Origin: Candidatus Marinacidobacterales bacterium
GTDB taxonomy: Bacteria; Acidobacteriota; Vicinamibacteria; Marinacidobacterales; DATDRI01
Assembly: GCA_965219415.1 (NCBI GenBank)
Contig: CBDCNP010000002.1
Location: 5,152,001 to 5,216,000, forward strand
Length of the DNA: 64,000 nucleotides
Reading direction: 5' to 3'
Part shown: positions 43,811 to 55,005 of the stretch, piece by piece
Layout of the letters: the number at the start of each line of letters is the position of its first letter
How positions within the stretch are numbered: position 1 is the first letter of the stretch
Made by a program: the position numbers and the translations under genes
Notes under the pieces: generated by a model
Databases searched by the model: none
What the model was told of the DNA's origin: nothing
Seen by the model: the letters and a program-made list of their open reading frames with translations, nothing else

Positions 43811-44827
43811 GTGACACCCGACAACCCCTCCGCTCGAACGATACGCTGGACGGTTGTCGCCGAAGAGGAAAACGAACGTCTCGATAGAGCCTTGCCCACA
43901 CACGTCCCCGACGCGAGCCGGGCCCGGGCCAAGCGATGGATCGAAGACGGTTTGGTGAGCGTGGGGGGCAAACGGGTTCGCCCGTCGCACATCCTTCACA
44001 AGGGAGAGGAAGTGGTCGTCGAGTTGCTCCCACCGCAACCCGCCGAGGCAGCGCCCGAGCCGATTCCCCTCAACGTCTTATATGAAGACGACGACTTCCT
44101 GGTGGTCAACAAACCTCCCTTCTTGGTTGTTCATCCGGCACCCGGACACCGCACAGGTACATTGGTGAATGCCTTGCTGCACCATTGTCCCAACTTGAGT
44201 GGAGTCGGGGGTGTCGCGCGTCCCGGAATCGTCCATCGATTGGATCGCGGTACTTCGGGATTAATGGTTGTGGCCAAGAACGACAGCTCGCACCAGGACA
44301 TTGCCCGTCAGTTCGCTCGCCGTTCCGTCGAGAAGCAATACTTGGCCCTCGTCCACGGACGACCACCGTCTACTCTTCGAATCGAGAAACCGCTCGGCCG
44401 CGACGTCCACAACCGCAAGAAGTTCTCGAGTCGCTCTCGTCGCGCCAAGCCGGCCGTTACCAAGGCCGCGAGGCTGGAAGTTCTCCCGCAATCGACACTC
44501 TTGTCTGTTCGCATCGAGACCGGTCGAACACACCAGATCCGCGTCCACCTCTCCGAAGCAGGATTTCCGATCATCGGAGACAAGGACTACGGCCGCGCGC
44601 GTCGCCCTCCGGCGGGCGGTCAAGCCGTTTTCCAGATCCTCAAGACGCTTGCTCGCCCGGCGCTCCATGCGGCAGTTCTGGGTTTCCAGCACCCGCGCAG
44701 CGGTGAGCCCTTGCGCTTCGAGGCTCCGCTCCCGCCGGACCTCGAAGCGCTTCTCCAGCTGCTGAGAGAGCCGAGCATACGAGCTAGAATGTGGTCACAG
44801 TTATGGCACGGGGATAGGCATCCATGA
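43811..44827 (+). CDS. rluD: RluA-family pseudouridine synthase (RluD-like)
   Basis: S4 domain, HRLDRGTSG, TGRTHQIRVH. Confidence 0.92.
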   Translation: MTPDNPSARTIRWTVVAEEENERLDRALPTHVPDASRARAKRWIEDGLVSVGGKRVRPSHILHKGEEVVVELLPPQPAEAAPEPIPLNVLYEDDDFLVVNKPPFLVVHPAPGHRTGTLVNALLHHCPNLSGVGGVARPGIVHRLDRGTSGLMVVAKNDSSHQDIARQFARRSVEKQYLALVHGRPPSTLRIEKPLGRDVHNRKKFSSRSRRAKPAVTKAARLEVLPQSTLLSVRIETGRTHQIRVHLSEAGFPIIGDKDYGRARRPPAGGQAVFQILKTLARPALHAAVLGFQHPRSGEPLRFEAPLPPDLEALLQLLREPSIRARMWSQLWHGDRHP

Positions 44828-46674
44828 GACGACTCACCAATAGCCTGCTGGGCGGCTTTCTCGCTGCGTTGCTCCTGACGCAGGCGCTTCTCCTCCTGAA
44901 TCCCGAAGTCCCACTCGACCTCCCAACCGTTTGGCGAGTTTGGGGAATACTCGCCGTGACCTACGGGCTAGCGGCGGGACTTTCCTTCTGGCTCCTCTTG
45001 GTCGTGGTCGAGGCGATGCGAGGTCAACCTCTCCACCCAGCTTGGTTCTCGTTCCGGCTCTTGACGTGGCTTCTGATGCTCATCCTGACCCTGGGCGCGA
45101 TGTTGCTTTGGCACAACCTGTTCCACTTCCGCCTCTATCTGAGCCACGGAGCCATACGAGCCATTGCAGCAGCAGCAACCACACTATCCGCGGCGGCGGC
45201 CACGCTGCTCGTGCTCGGGTTGTTCCGTTACTCGTTCGGGCGACGCGGCGCCGCAGTCGGTTATGCGCTCGTTCTCCTTGCAATAGCAGCTTCCGCCCTT
45301 CTCCCGTTCTACTTCCGACCGCCAAGCCCTGAACGCGCGCGCGTTGTTCCGCGTCTTCCGCTCGCCGATAACCCTCTCCCACGTCGTCTGACGGTCATTG
45401 GAATCGAGGGTGCGTCCATGTCCTACGTTCTCCCCGCGGTTGCGGCAGGGAGGCTTCCTAACTTCGCGAGACTCATCGAAGGCGGCGCGGCCGGTGCGCT
45501 CAAAACTCTCTATCCGACCGAGTCCTTGGCGATATGGACGAGCGTCGCCACCGGAAAGCTGCCCCGCCAGCACGGGCTCACCGGTTTCTACCGATATCGA
45601 CTTCCGGGAGTGGAACCGCTGTTCTCCCGTCTTCCGGACGGGATCTTCATGCGGTCGCTGGAACGGACCGGGCTATTGAAGAGAGCTGCGGTATCATCGC
45701 AACAGCGCCGCTGCCAAAGTTTCTGGAACATCCTAAGCAGCTTTGGCGTCGACGTGGGGCTCGTCCGGTGGTGGGCAACATATCCCGCCGAGAAAGTGAA
45801 CGGTTTCATCGTCTCCGAGCTATTCCATCGCCAAGTGCGAGAGAGCTTCGATCCCGCGCTGCCTCAACTCACCTACCCTCTGGAGCTTTTTGAAGTTCTG
45901 AAGGAATACGTCGTCTCACCGTCCGAGATCGACGAGGCGCAGATCGCACGATTCGTCGACGACTCGGAGACGGTCCCCGACGACGACTTCGATTGGAAGC
46001 AGGACTTGAAGAGACGTGCGCTCGCCGCCGACGCGACCTATCAGCGTATCGGTGGAATGCTTCGAGCGATGTACGATCCACAGGTCTACGGGATCTACTT
46101 TTTCGGCTTGGACGTGGTGGGGCATTCGTTCATGCGCTACCACAGCCCGGATGAATTCGGAGACGTCAGCGAAGCGGAGCTGAGGAAATATGGCCGAGTC
46201 GTCGACGCCTACTACAATCAACTGGACGCCATCTTGGGCGAGCACCTGCAATCCATGCGGCCCAACGAGATCCTCGTCGTCATGTCCGGGCACGGCATCG
46301 AGCCGCTGCCCTTGGCACGACGCATCGTGGAGTGGGTGAAAGGGAATCCACATCGATCCGGATACCACGATCAAGGTCCCGACGGTTTGGTTCTCTTCTA
46401 CGGTCCGGGCATCGCAACCGGCGCGAAGATCCAAGGGGCTTCGGTCGTCGACATCACGCCCACTCTGCTCTACCTGATGGGACTACCTTTAGGGCAAGAC
46501 ATGGATGGGGAGCTGCTTACCGGCGTGCTCGAGGAGTCGCTGGTCCGGAGCCAGCCGGTGGCGTTCATCTCTTCCTACCGTAACTTCCTCGTCGAGCCCC
46601 GGAGCCGCGAAGTGCCCTACGAATTTCCTTCTCCACTCGACCTCCTCCCGGGAGTTCTGGACGAAGGCGAGTAG
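44824..46674 (+). CDS. Membrane-anchored alkaline-phosphatase-superfamily (phosphodiesterase-like) protein
   Basis: Five N-terminal TM helices; WTSVATGK..HG, DVVGH, DITPTLLYLMG. Confidence 0.82.
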   Translation: MRRLTNSLLGGFLAALLLTQALLLLNPEVPLDLPTVWRVWGILAVTYGLAAGLSFWLLLVVVEAMRGQPLHPAWFSFRLLTWLLMLILTLGAMLLWHNLFHFRLYLSHGAIRAIAAAATTLSAAAATLLVLGLFRYSFGRRGAAVGYALVLLAIAASALLPFYFRPPSPERARVVPRLPLADNPLPRRLTVIGIEGASMSYVLPAVAAGRLPNFARLIEGGAAGALKTLYPTESLAIWTSVATGKLPRQHGLTGFYRYRLPGVEPLFSRLPDGIFMRSLERTGLLKRAAVSSQQRRCQSFWNILSSFGVDVGLVRWWATYPAEKVNGFIVSELFHRQVRESFDPALPQLTYPLELFEVLKEYVVSPSEIDEAQIARFVDDSETVPDDDFDWKQDLKRRALAADATYQRIGGMLRAMYDPQVYGIYFFGLDVVGHSFMRYHSPDEFGDVSEAELRKYGRVVDAYYNQLDAILGEHLQSMRPNEILVVMSGHGIEPLPLARRIVEWVKGNPHRSGYHDQGPDGLVLFYGPGIATGAKIQGASVVDITPTLLYLMGLPLGQDMDGELLTGVLEESLVRSQPVAFISSYRNFLVEPRSREVPYEFPSPLDLLPGVLDEGE

Positions 46675-46827
46675 CTCTCACGCGGGCTGAGCTCAGCCTT
46701 GAGCCCATGCGGAGTCGCGTAGCCGACGAAGCATGAGGCGTGGGGGTGGGGCCCCGCGCCACTAATGGATGCTGCCCACGAACGCCAAACATGGGTATGC
46801 TAGGATAGGCCGGCCTCGCACCCGGAT

Positions 46828-47376
46828 ATGCCGAATAGTAAAGTCTCCACGCTGATGGACCGGGACGCGATCGCCGGAGCGATCTCCCGAGTCGCCGATG
46901 AGATCAGAGACGGTGCAGGGGGCGCCGAGAAGCTTGCCCTGGTCGGTATACGGAGCCGCGGCGTCCCTTTAGCCAGACGACTCTCCGAGCTCGTCGGTTC
47001 CCGCACTGGAATCGACATCCCGGTAGGTATCGTCGACATCACGCTCTATCGAGACGATTTGACGGACATCGGATCGCAGCCACTGGTCAGGGAGACCCAA
47101 CTCCCCTTCCCCATCGACGGTCAGCGAATCGTACTGGTGGACGATGTGCTGTTCACGGGTCGCACGGTGCGAGCCGCCCTCGATCAGCTCATCGACTTCG
47201 GTCGGCCCGAACGGATCGAGCTCATGGTGCTGGTGGACCGGGGCGGCCGTGAGCTTCCCATCAGAGCGGACTACGTGGGCAAAGAAGTCTCGACGTCGAA
47301 ACGCCAAATGGTCGACGTCCTTCTCGAAGAGGAAGATGGCCGTGACGAGGTCGTGCTCACGGAGTCGGGCGGATGA
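46828..47376 (+). CDS. pyrR: PyrR regulator/uracil phosphoribosyltransferase
   Basis: [27 protein letters not shown]. Confidence 0.96.
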   Translation: MPNSKVSTLMDRDAIAGAISRVADEIRDGAGGAEKLALVGIRSRGVPLARRLSELVGSRTGIDIPVGIVDITLYRDDLTDIGSQPLVRETQLPFPIDGQRIVLVDDVLFTGRTVRAALDQLIDFGRPERIELMVLVDRGGRELPIRADYVGKEVSTSKRQMVDVLLEEEDGRDEVVLTESGG

Positions 47377-48362
47377 GACTCGAGCGAAAGGACCTACTCG
47401 GCATCGAAGAGCTTTCCCCCGACGAAATCGTCCTTATCCTGAACACCGCCTCCTCCTTCAAAGAGATCGCGAGCCGGCCCATCAAGAAGGTCCCTACCTT
47501 GAGGGGCCGGACGGTCGTCAACCTTTTTTTCGAGTCGAGCACCCGAACCCGCGCCTCCTTTGAAATCGCCGAGAAACGACTCTCCGCAGACAGCCTCAAC
47601 TTCGGCTCGGCCGGGAGCTCTCTTTCCAAGGGGGAGAGCCTGCTCGACACCGCACGCACGTTAGAAGCCATGGCACCCGACATTCTGATCATGCGACACG
47701 CATCCTCGGGCGCGCCACATTTCGTCGCTGGTCGATGCAAGTCCTCGGTAGTGAACGCCGGCGACGGGATGCACGAGCACCCAACCCAAGCGCTGCTGGA
47801 CGCTTTCACGATCAGGGAACGAAAACAAAAGCTAGCCGGCCTTCGTGTCGCGATCGTTGGGGACATCCTTCACAGTCGAGTAGCACGATCCAATCTCTGG
47901 TTGCTCAATAAGATGGGAGCGGAGGTGGTGCTCTGCGGTCCGCCCACTCTCATGCCGCCGGGCGTCGCTAGGCTCGGCGCGCGCGTCACCCGGTCTTTCG
48001 ACGACGCGGTCGAGGGTGTCGACGTCGTGATGATGTTGCGTGTCCAAATGGAACGAATGGCCGGAAACGACTTCCCGTCGGCCCGCGAGTATTTTCGACT
48101 CTACGGGTTGACGTCGAAGAGGCTGGAGCGCGCCAAGCCGGATGTCATTTTGATGCATCCGGGCCCCTTGAATCGCGGCGTCGAGATCGATTCGGGCGTC
48201 GCGGACGGCCCTTGTTCAGTGATTCTCGATCAGGTCGCGAATGGCGTCGCGGTCCGCATGGCGGTGCTCTACCTTCTCACCGGCAGTGGTCCTGAACCCA
48301 GCGAGTCAATCGACTCGAGCCAGAAAGAAGTGAAAGCCGAAGACGATGCGACTTCTCGTTAG
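47373..48362 (+). CDS. pyrB: Aspartate carbamoyltransferase
   Basis: [17 protein letters not shown]. Confidence 0.97.
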   Translation: MRLERKDLLGIEELSPDEIVLILNTASSFKEIASRPIKKVPTLRGRTVVNLFFESSTRTRASFEIAEKRLSADSLNFGSAGSSLSKGESLLDTARTLEAMAPDILIMRHASSGAPHFVAGRCKSSVVNAGDGMHEHPTQALLDAFTIRERKQKLAGLRVAIVGDILHSRVARSNLWLLNKMGAEVVLCGPPTLMPPGVARLGARVTRSFDDAVEGVDVVMMLRVQMERMAGNDFPSAREYFRLYGLTSKRLERAKPDVILMHPGPLNRGVEIDSGVADGPCSVILDQVANGVAVRMAVLYLLTGSGPEPSESIDSSQKEVKAEDDATSR

Positions 48363-49668
48363 AAACGGACGGGTTATCGACCCGGTCTCCGACGTGGACG
48401 CGGTGGTCGATATTCTGATTGAGGACGGTCGCATCTCTTCTGTAGGGGCGGTAGGGGCTGTGGGGGGGGAGGGTTCACAGCTCGCGGATTCCGGCGCCCA
48501 GATCCTCGACGCCAGCAATCGAGTCGTCGTTCCCGGATTGGTCGATATGCATGTCCACTTCCGGGAGCCGGGATTCGAGTACAAGGAAACGATCGAAAGC
48601 GGCGCCGCGGCCGCGGCGGCCGGTGGGTTCACTTCAGTGGCGGCCATGGCAAATACCTCACCTACCAACGACACCGCCGCGGTGACCGAATTCATACTTC
48701 GGCGAGCTATCGAACTAGGCACGGTGAACGTCTATCCGGTGGGGGCGATCTCGAAGGGCCTTGAGGGAAAGCGGCTCACCGAGATCGGCGAGCTCGTCTC
48801 CGCCGGAGCGGTCGCGGTATCGGATGACGGACGATCGGTCGAAGACCCTCATTTGATGCGGCGAGCCATGGAGTACGCCGCCATCTTCGACATCCCGATC
48901 ATCGAGCATTGTGAGACCCTCGCACTTCATCCGGATGGAACGATGCACGAAGGCTACTGGTCGACTCGTCTCGGCCTCCGAGGAATCCCCGCCGCTTCGG
49001 AAGAGATCGCGGTGCGTCGAAACATTATCCTCGCGGAGCTCACCGGCGCCAGGCTCCATGTCGCACATCTTTCCACTAGCGGCGCCCTCGACGCAGTCCG
49101 ACAGGCCAAGAGCAGAGGGCTGCCTATCACCTGCGAGGTGACACCGCATCATCTAGTGTTGACGGATGAAGCGGTTCGAGGCTACGACCCCAACACGAAG
49201 ATGAAGCCGCCGCTACGCTCCGAAGAGGATCGGCAGGCGATGGTCTCCGGACTCGCCGATGGAACTATCGACGCTATCGCCACCGACCATGCTCCACATC
49301 ACGCCGACGACAAGTGTGTCGAGTACGACAAGGCCGACTTCGGAATCGTTGGCCTAGAGACCGCGGTGCCCCTGTGCCTAGATCGTCTGGTGAAACCGGG
49401 CATCGTGTCCCTATCCCGGCTCATCGAGCTCCTTTCCCCGAATCCTGCCCAGATACTCGGTATTCCCAAGGGGAGTCTCGCGGTGGGCGTCGACGCCGAC
49501 CTCACGATTCTCGATCTCGACCGATCGTTCACCGTCCTGCCAGAAACGTTTCGCTCGAAAGGCCGCAACACTCCGTTCGCCGAGTGGAATCTCCTCGGGT
49601 GCCCGGTGGCCACTCTGGTCGGTGGCCGCGTCGTCTGGCAAGCCGAAGAAGAAAAGGCAAAACACTAG
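48346..49668 (+). CDS. pyrC: Dihydroorotase
   Basis: [24 protein letters not shown]. Confidence 0.95.
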   Translation: MRLLVRNGRVIDPVSDVDAVVDILIEDGRISSVGAVGAVGGEGSQLADSGAQILDASNRVVVPGLVDMHVHFREPGFEYKETIESGAAAAAAGGFTSVAAMANTSPTNDTAAVTEFILRRAIELGTVNVYPVGAISKGLEGKRLTEIGELVSAGAVAVSDDGRSVEDPHLMRRAMEYAAIFDIPIIEHCETLALHPDGTMHEGYWSTRLGLRGIPAASEEIAVRRNIILAELTGARLHVAHLSTSGALDAVRQAKSRGLPITCEVTPHHLVLTDEAVRGYDPNTKMKPPLRSEEDRQAMVSGLADGTIDAIATDHAPHHADDKCVEYDKADFGIVGLETAVPLCLDRLVKPGIVSLSRLIELLSPNPAQILGIPKGSLAVGVDADLTILDLDRSFTVLPETFRSKGRNTPFAEWNLLGCPVATLVGGRVVWQAEEEKAKH

Positions 49669-49760
49669 GCGGGATAGCAGGGGCGTCTGGCTAGGTTGAT
49701 GTACACCTCCGAGCTATTTTGACGCGGAGGCAAGACTGGCGCATACAGTTGGTGTGAACG

Positions 49761-50645
49761 ATGCGAGCCGATAAGTTGGCGCGATTACGGGTCGGACTCA
49801 ACGATCTCCGCGCGCGTTACGACCAGCGTTACCTTTCCCCCGACCCGCTAGAGTTCCCGCGCCGTTTCACGAGAGCCGAAGATCAGGAGGTGGTAGGCCT
49901 CGTCGCCTCGAGTCTTGCCTACGGAAACGTAGCGACGATTCGCCAAAGTGTGGAAAGGGTTCTCTCACGAATGGGACCTTCCCCGGCCCAGTTCGTGTTT
50001 GAAATCGACGCCCGTCGTGAACTGGAACGCTTCTCCGATTTCCGGCACCGCTGGAGCAGCGGAAGGGACATGGTATGTCTGCTTCTGTTCGCCCGCCAAA
50101 TGTTGGAGCATGCCGGTTCCATCCGAGCTTTCTTCCGAGAGGGCTACGACCCGTCGGAAGAAAACGTGGGACCGTCTTTGGCTCGCTTCTGCGGGCGCGT
50201 GACGGAGCTCGACCATCAAGGTCTCTACAGAGGGAAAACCCTTCCTCGCTCCGCCGGTGTCCGCTACTTCTTCCCCAGCCCCGCAACCGGCAGTGCTTGC
50301 AAGAGGCTGAACATGTACTTGCGTTGGATGGTGCGGCGGGACGATGGTCTCGATCTAGGACTCTGGGATTTCGTGTCCCCCGCCCAGCTGGTGATCCCAC
50401 TAGACACTCACATCGCGCGAATCGGGCGACATCTCGGGTGGGCACGGAGGAAAACGCGGGATTGGAAGATGGCGGTGGAGATAACGGACTTCTTGGCCCG
50501 CATCGATCGGGACGACCCCACCAAGTACGACTTCGCCCTTTCTCGAATGGGAATTCTCAAGCGTTGTCCACGCCACCCGCGTAAGCTTCAATGCGACCTC
50601 TGCGATCTTCGACGAGCTCTTCGCCTCGGGAAGCACGCAGCTTGA
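49761..50645 (+). CDS. TIGR02757/DUF2400 family HhH-GPD-like protein
   Basis: SACKRLNMYLRWMVR, IPLDTH, DPTKYDFAL. Confidence 0.92.
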   Translation: MRADKLARLRVGLNDLRARYDQRYLSPDPLEFPRRFTRAEDQEVVGLVASSLAYGNVATIRQSVERVLSRMGPSPAQFVFEIDARRELERFSDFRHRWSSGRDMVCLLLFARQMLEHAGSIRAFFREGYDPSEENVGPSLARFCGRVTELDHQGLYRGKTLPRSAGVRYFFPSPATGSACKRLNMYLRWMVRRDDGLDLGLWDFVSPAQLVIPLDTHIARIGRHLGWARRKTRDWKMAVEITDFLARIDRDDPTKYDFALSRMGILKRCPRHPRKLQCDLCDLRRALRLGKHAA

Positions 50646-50987
50646 AACTCTAGCAGGGTGCTGAAGAATACACGGTACCCTGCGCGAGGAGCCATCAGCT
50701 GTTCCGAAGCCGCTTGCCGGCGAAGGGACGGCGGTGGGGGGGCCCCGCCGCACTGATGAAGGACCGAGCCCGGCGTGAGGGCCGCCAAACTAGGTGGTTG
50801 CTGAAACTCGACGTGGCCAGGCGGCGGGCCGACGACGGGAAGCCGAGCGAAGAGCGAGGCGCCAAGCGCGCGAAACAGCCATGAGCCCATGCGTAGTCGC
50901 GCAGTCGACGAAGCACTGAGGCGTGGGGGTGGGGGTGGGGCCCCGCGCCATTCGTCGATGACTGAGCGCGCATTGAGGCACTAATCG

Positions 50988-51191
50988 ATGAAAGACTGCT
51001 GCCTTAGGGAAGCGAAGCGCCATCTCAAGAAACACAGGGATGTCGCCCGTTGTGACGAGTGCCGATCACTGATACTAGCGTACGGGAACGAGCGTGATTT
51101 TCGCAGCACCGTAGAGGAGCTCGAAGGACAAGGCATCGGCTACGAAACGGTACGTATCGGCGAGCTCCTTATTCTGGCGAAACTCCCATAG
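50988..51191 (+). CDS. Small Cys-rich hypothetical protein
   Basis: GAGG RBS, ATG start, CC..CxxC, fills the gap before the hydrolase. Confidence 0.65.
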   Translation: MKDCCLREAKRHLKKHRDVARCDECRSLILAYGNERDFRSTVEELEGQGIGYETVRIGELLILAKLP

Positions 51192-51209
51192 ATAAAATTA
51201 GATAGGCTC

Positions 51210-52187
51210 TTGCAACTCTCGAAGCCTTTTCGCCCTTTGCCCCTGCTCGGCGGCGGGCACCGACAGACCTTGGCCGGTCATTTCGCCCGGTCGCGCTTGC
51301 ACTGGAGTCGTTCTACCGAAGACGTGATCGTGGACGCGCCCGATCGCGTGAAGTTGCTCCTACGCGTCAGCTGGCAAGGTGGACCACAACATCGCAAACC
51401 AGCGCTGGTCTTGCTGCATGGGCTCGAAGGTTGTGACTACTCAGGGTACGTCTTGAGTGCGGGCGAGCTGGCCTACCGCGCCGGTTATCACGTGATCCGG
51501 ATGAACCTTCGTGGCTGCGGCGATGCGCTCCGCGTGTGCCCTATGCTCTACAACGCGGGCGTGAGCCGAGACTTGCTAGCGGTCATGGACTGGGTGTCTT
51601 CCCAAGTAAGCAAAGCGTTCATCCTTGGCTTCTCACTAGGCGCTAACCTGACCCTCCTCTCGCTCGCAAGACACGGTGCCGCGATTCCCCGACAGGTTGT
51701 TGGCGCGGTCGCCATCTCTCCACCGCTCGATCTGGCTGCGGTGGCGGACGCGCTCGATCGTCCTCGCAACACCATGTATCGAAAGTATTTCCTGAGACGG
51801 CTCCGCGCGTCTTATCGACGTCGGCAAAGCCTCCTGCCAGACCTTTATGAGCACGGAGTGGAGTGGGAATGCCACAACCTCTGGGGGTACGACGAACTGA
51901 TCACCGCAAGATATGCGGGCTACCAGGGAGCGGCCGACTATTATGCGCAATCGAGCGCTGGACCGGTGATGGTGGACATCGATCGCCCGACACTGATCCT
52001 GTCAGCGAGAGACGACCCGATTATTCCCGCTGAATCCGTCACTCGATGGCCGGTCGCAACGCAAGTTCGCCGAGAGATAGCTTACACGGGTGGGCACGTC
52101 GGTTTCGTAGGGGACTCGCGTGCGCCGGGTCTCTTTTGGGCCGCCGAGCGAGCCATCGATTTCCTCGACGAATGTTTGAAGCGTTGA
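51210..52187 (+). CDS. YheT-family alpha/beta hydrolase
   Basis: HRQT, LHGLEG, GFSLG, DDP, GGHVGF. Confidence 0.92.
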   Translation: MQLSKPFRPLPLLGGGHRQTLAGHFARSRLHWSRSTEDVIVDAPDRVKLLLRVSWQGGPQHRKPALVLLHGLEGCDYSGYVLSAGELAYRAGYHVIRMNLRGCGDALRVCPMLYNAGVSRDLLAVMDWVSSQVSKAFILGFSLGANLTLLSLARHGAAIPRQVVGAVAISPPLDLAAVADALDRPRNTMYRKYFLRRLRASYRRRQSLLPDLYEHGVEWECHNLWGYDELITARYAGYQGAADYYAQSSAGPVMVDIDRPTLILSARDDPIIPAESVTRWPVATQVRREIAYTGGHVGFVGDSRAPGLFWAAERAIDFLDECLKR

Positions 52188-52648
52188 TGGCGTGGTATTA
52201 CTCGTGGCGACGCAGTATTTAGATATACGCGCGGCCGGAATGCCCCTCACCCACCCTCTCGCTTCCTTAACGGGAGAGGGAACACAAGGAAGAAGAACAA
52301 CTTTTATGCGTGGCCGGCGGGTGGCGGGGCGAGTGGTCGAAGTGCAGGTAAAAATCTTTCACCTTGTTGCTTTTGCGGACTGGCCGCTACTTTTCTCCGT
52401 TCGGCGGCTTTTTCCATGATCGCCCTGCGTCGGGCGGCAAGAAATGCTCGAGACTCCAACTTGCGGGCTTTTTCCCCCATTTATGTTTCCTCCTAGGCGG
52501 GTCCTGGGTGTAAAGGATGCTAATAGGGACGGAACAAAGATAAGCCGGCGAAACGCTCCGTGTCAAGTTCTCTCAGGTGGAAAAACAAAGTCTCGTCACG
52601 GAGGCACATGTTTCGACGCGGTGACTAGTCGAAGCGGGTTGCGCGGTC

Positions 52649-54226
52649 TTACCTAACGCTGATCTGATGTTTTTCCAGAATGGTTCCGGTTACGCGCCGA
52701 TAGGCCACGATCGATTTGTTGTAGTCGATCACCGATTGTAGATACTCGCCGGCCGCAACGGCCAGGTCGCGTTGCGCCTGGACGATGAGGAAGCTCGTCG
52801 ACATCCCCACTTCGAACTTTTTTTGCTCCGCCTCGAGTCGCCTGAACATGAGCTCTTGTGCCACTCGGTTGGACTCGATGCGCTTGCGGTTGGTTTGCAC
52901 CAGTCGCGCCGTGATGCGAACTTCCTGAGCGACAACGAGCTCCTGACTTTCGAGAACGGCTCGCTGTCGTCGGTAATCCGCTTGTGCTTGAGCGTGGGCC
53001 GCATCGGCGGAACTATTGAACAAAGGATACGAAAAAACGAGGCCGAGGGTCCAGTCCCGAAACTCGTTGCTAAAGAGTTGATCCAAGGAGTCGCTGTAAC
53101 CACCGGGAATCAAGTCCACCACGTCTTCGCCGCCGAAACCCTCCCTCAGAATCTGGTCTCCACCCAATCCCGTGAGTGTGTAAGAGCCGACGAGGTCCAC
53201 CTGGGGAAGCTTTTGGTTCTTGGTATAGCGAACGTTGAAGTTGCGCGTGTCCAGTTCGACACGAGACTCAGAAATCACCGGTCTTCGCGCCAGCGCGGTT
53301 CGGACCGCCTCGTCGAGCTCGATCTCGACTTCCGACAATTGGGGGTCATCGGCGGGCTCGATTTGGAGACCCCAGAAATCCGAAGAGCCCGGATCGTTGA
53401 TGAGACGCCGCATCTCATCGGTGGTCCGAGCGATCGCTTCTTCCGAGACAATCACTCCATTCTCGCGGGCTGCCATCTCCGCCTGCGCTTCCAGCACATC
53501 GATGGGCGCCATCGTGCCCACCTCGACCTGAATCTGATTGTTGCGGAGTAGGTCTCTGGCCAGCTGAAGCGATTTCTGGTTCACGTCGAGGTCGCGGATG
53601 CTAAAGACCCAGTCCCAATAGGCCTGTTCCACGTCCCGCACCAGATCCATCACCTCGCCTTGAAATTGATGGCGGGCAATCCGTTCGCCGTTCTGCGCAA
53701 CCACGATCTGTTGCTTGATCGGGTTCAACTGTCGATTCTGTAGAACCGGCTGCGCGATCTGTGCACTGAGCGCGCTGTCGAAGCGAGGATTAAAGGAGAA
53801 AAAAATGTTGTTGGTGCTGGCACGGAGGTTCTCGAAGGTGATGAAGTAGTTCCCTCCGGTGGGAAGCTCCTGCTGCCAAGAGAAATTGAATGCGGTATTG
53901 ATGTTGCTCAGCGTGTCGGCACCGGAAAGCTGACTCGAGGCTGGGGCGCGGCTTCTCAGATTGTTGAAATCGGCACTAAAGAGGGGATTATAGGCTCCCT
54001 TTGCACGACCAACGTTCTCGCCCTGAGCCTGATAGCCGAGTCGGGCAATGACGACATCCAGGTTGTTCTCCAACGCCATTTCGATGGCCTGCTGCATGGT
54101 GAGCTTCAGTGTATCGGCTCGAACGGCCTGGGCTGGCCCGTGGGCAAGCGTTGGCGCGTTTAGGGGAGCGTTCATGAAGAGTAAGCTTAAGGCGACTCCA
54201 AGATGTAGGGTGTAATTCCGTTTCAT
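52649..54226 (-). CDS. TolC-family outer membrane protein
   Basis: AIEMALENN, VEQAYW, LPQVDL, AEQKKFEVG; signal peptide. Confidence 0.92.
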   Translation of the reverse strand: MKRNYTLHLGVALSLLFMNAPLNAPTLAHGPAQAVRADTLKLTMQQAIEMALENNLDVVIARLGYQAQGENVGRAKGAYNPLFSADFNNLRSRAPASSQLSGADTLSNINTAFNFSWQQELPTGGNYFITFENLRASTNNIFFSFNPRFDSALSAQIAQPVLQNRQLNPIKQQIVVAQNGERIARHQFQGEVMDLVRDVEQAYWDWVFSIRDLDVNQKSLQLARDLLRNNQIQVEVGTMAPIDVLEAQAEMAARENGVIVSEEAIARTTDEMRRLINDPGSSDFWGLQIEPADDPQLSEVEIELDEAVRTALARRPVISESRVELDTRNFNVRYTKNQKLPQVDLVGSYTLTGLGGDQILREGFGGEDVVDLIPGGYSDSLDQLFSNEFRDWTLGLVFSYPLFNSSADAAHAQAQADYRRQRAVLESQELVVAQEVRITARLVQTNRKRIESNRVAQELMFRRLEAEQKKFEVGMSTSFLIVQAQRDLAVAAGEYLQSVIDYNKSIVAYRRVTGTILEKHQISVR

Positions 54227-54378
54227 TTCGCTTCCTCTTGTATACAAATGATTTAGTTGGTCAAAGGCCCCACGAGCCCGACCCCACTATACACATACGC
54301 TCTAAACATGTGATTTGTTTCGGCCATTCTAGTACGGATGACCTTTCATTTGGAATGCCGAGTTGGTAGGCTCTCACC

Positions 54379-54981
54379 ATGTCGCCTGACGACCTGATCG
54401 GCCACGCAAAACGTGAAGGAGCCCTCCTAGAGGGACACTTTCTCCTGTCGTCCGGCCTCCACAGCCCATCCTATTTCCAATGCGCCCGCCTTCTGGCGCA
54501 GCCCGAGCTCGCCCGTGAGCTCGGCGGCGCGCTGGCTGAGAAGATTGGACCGCAAGGCGCCAACTTCGTCATCGCTCCTGCCCTGGGCGGAATCCTGGTC
54601 GCGCACGAGGTGGCACGGGCGCTAGGGGTGAGGGCGCTCTTCGCGGAGCGGGATCCCGCCTCGGGTCGCCTGACGCTTCGGCGCGGGTTCGCGATCGAGC
54701 CGGGTGAGACGGCTGTCGTCCTCGAGGACGTCGTGACCACCGGCCGTTCCCTTCGCGAGACGGTGGAGGTCGTCGAGGCCCACGGTGGCAAGGTCATTGC
54801 AACCGGCGCATTGGTAGATCGCGGCGGAGAACAGAGGGGCACGGACGGCATGCCTTTCTTTTCGCTAGCACAACTCGACTTCGCCACGTACGAGCCGGCC
54901 GATTGTCCACTCTGCCGAGCCGGCTCGACCGCGATCAAACCCGGGAGCCGCCCCCAATCGCCTGACATTTTGACGGCCTGA
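54379..54981 (+). CDS. pyrE: Orotate phosphoribosyltransferase
   Basis: GHFLLSSGLHS, LEDVVTTG. Confidence 0.96.
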   Translation: MSPDDLIGHAKREGALLEGHFLLSSGLHSPSYFQCARLLAQPELARELGGALAEKIGPQGANFVIAPALGGILVAHEVARALGVRALFAERDPASGRLTLRRGFAIEPGETAVVLEDVVTTGRSLRETVEVVEAHGGKVIATGALVDRGGEQRGTDGMPFFSLAQLDFATYEPADCPLCRAGSTAIKPGSRPQSPDILTA

Positions 54982-55005
54982 CAGCCTGACAGTAGGCGGA
55001 CCGAG

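Larger units (their letters stand above)
46701..50950 (+). repeat. Second REP-like family GAGCCCATGCG..GACGAAGCA..GGGGGTGGGGCCCCGCGCCA at 46701-46763 and 50883-50950, weaker copy at 50704-50754
   Basis: About 60-bp near-identical intergenic copies. Confidence 0.8.
31547..52280. repeat. REP-like family CCCTCACCC..CCCTCTCC..GGAGAGGG at 31547-31586, 37669-37758 (opposite orientation, nested insert) and 52243-52280
   Basis: Shared hairpin in intergenic gaps just after stop codons. Confidence 0.75.
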
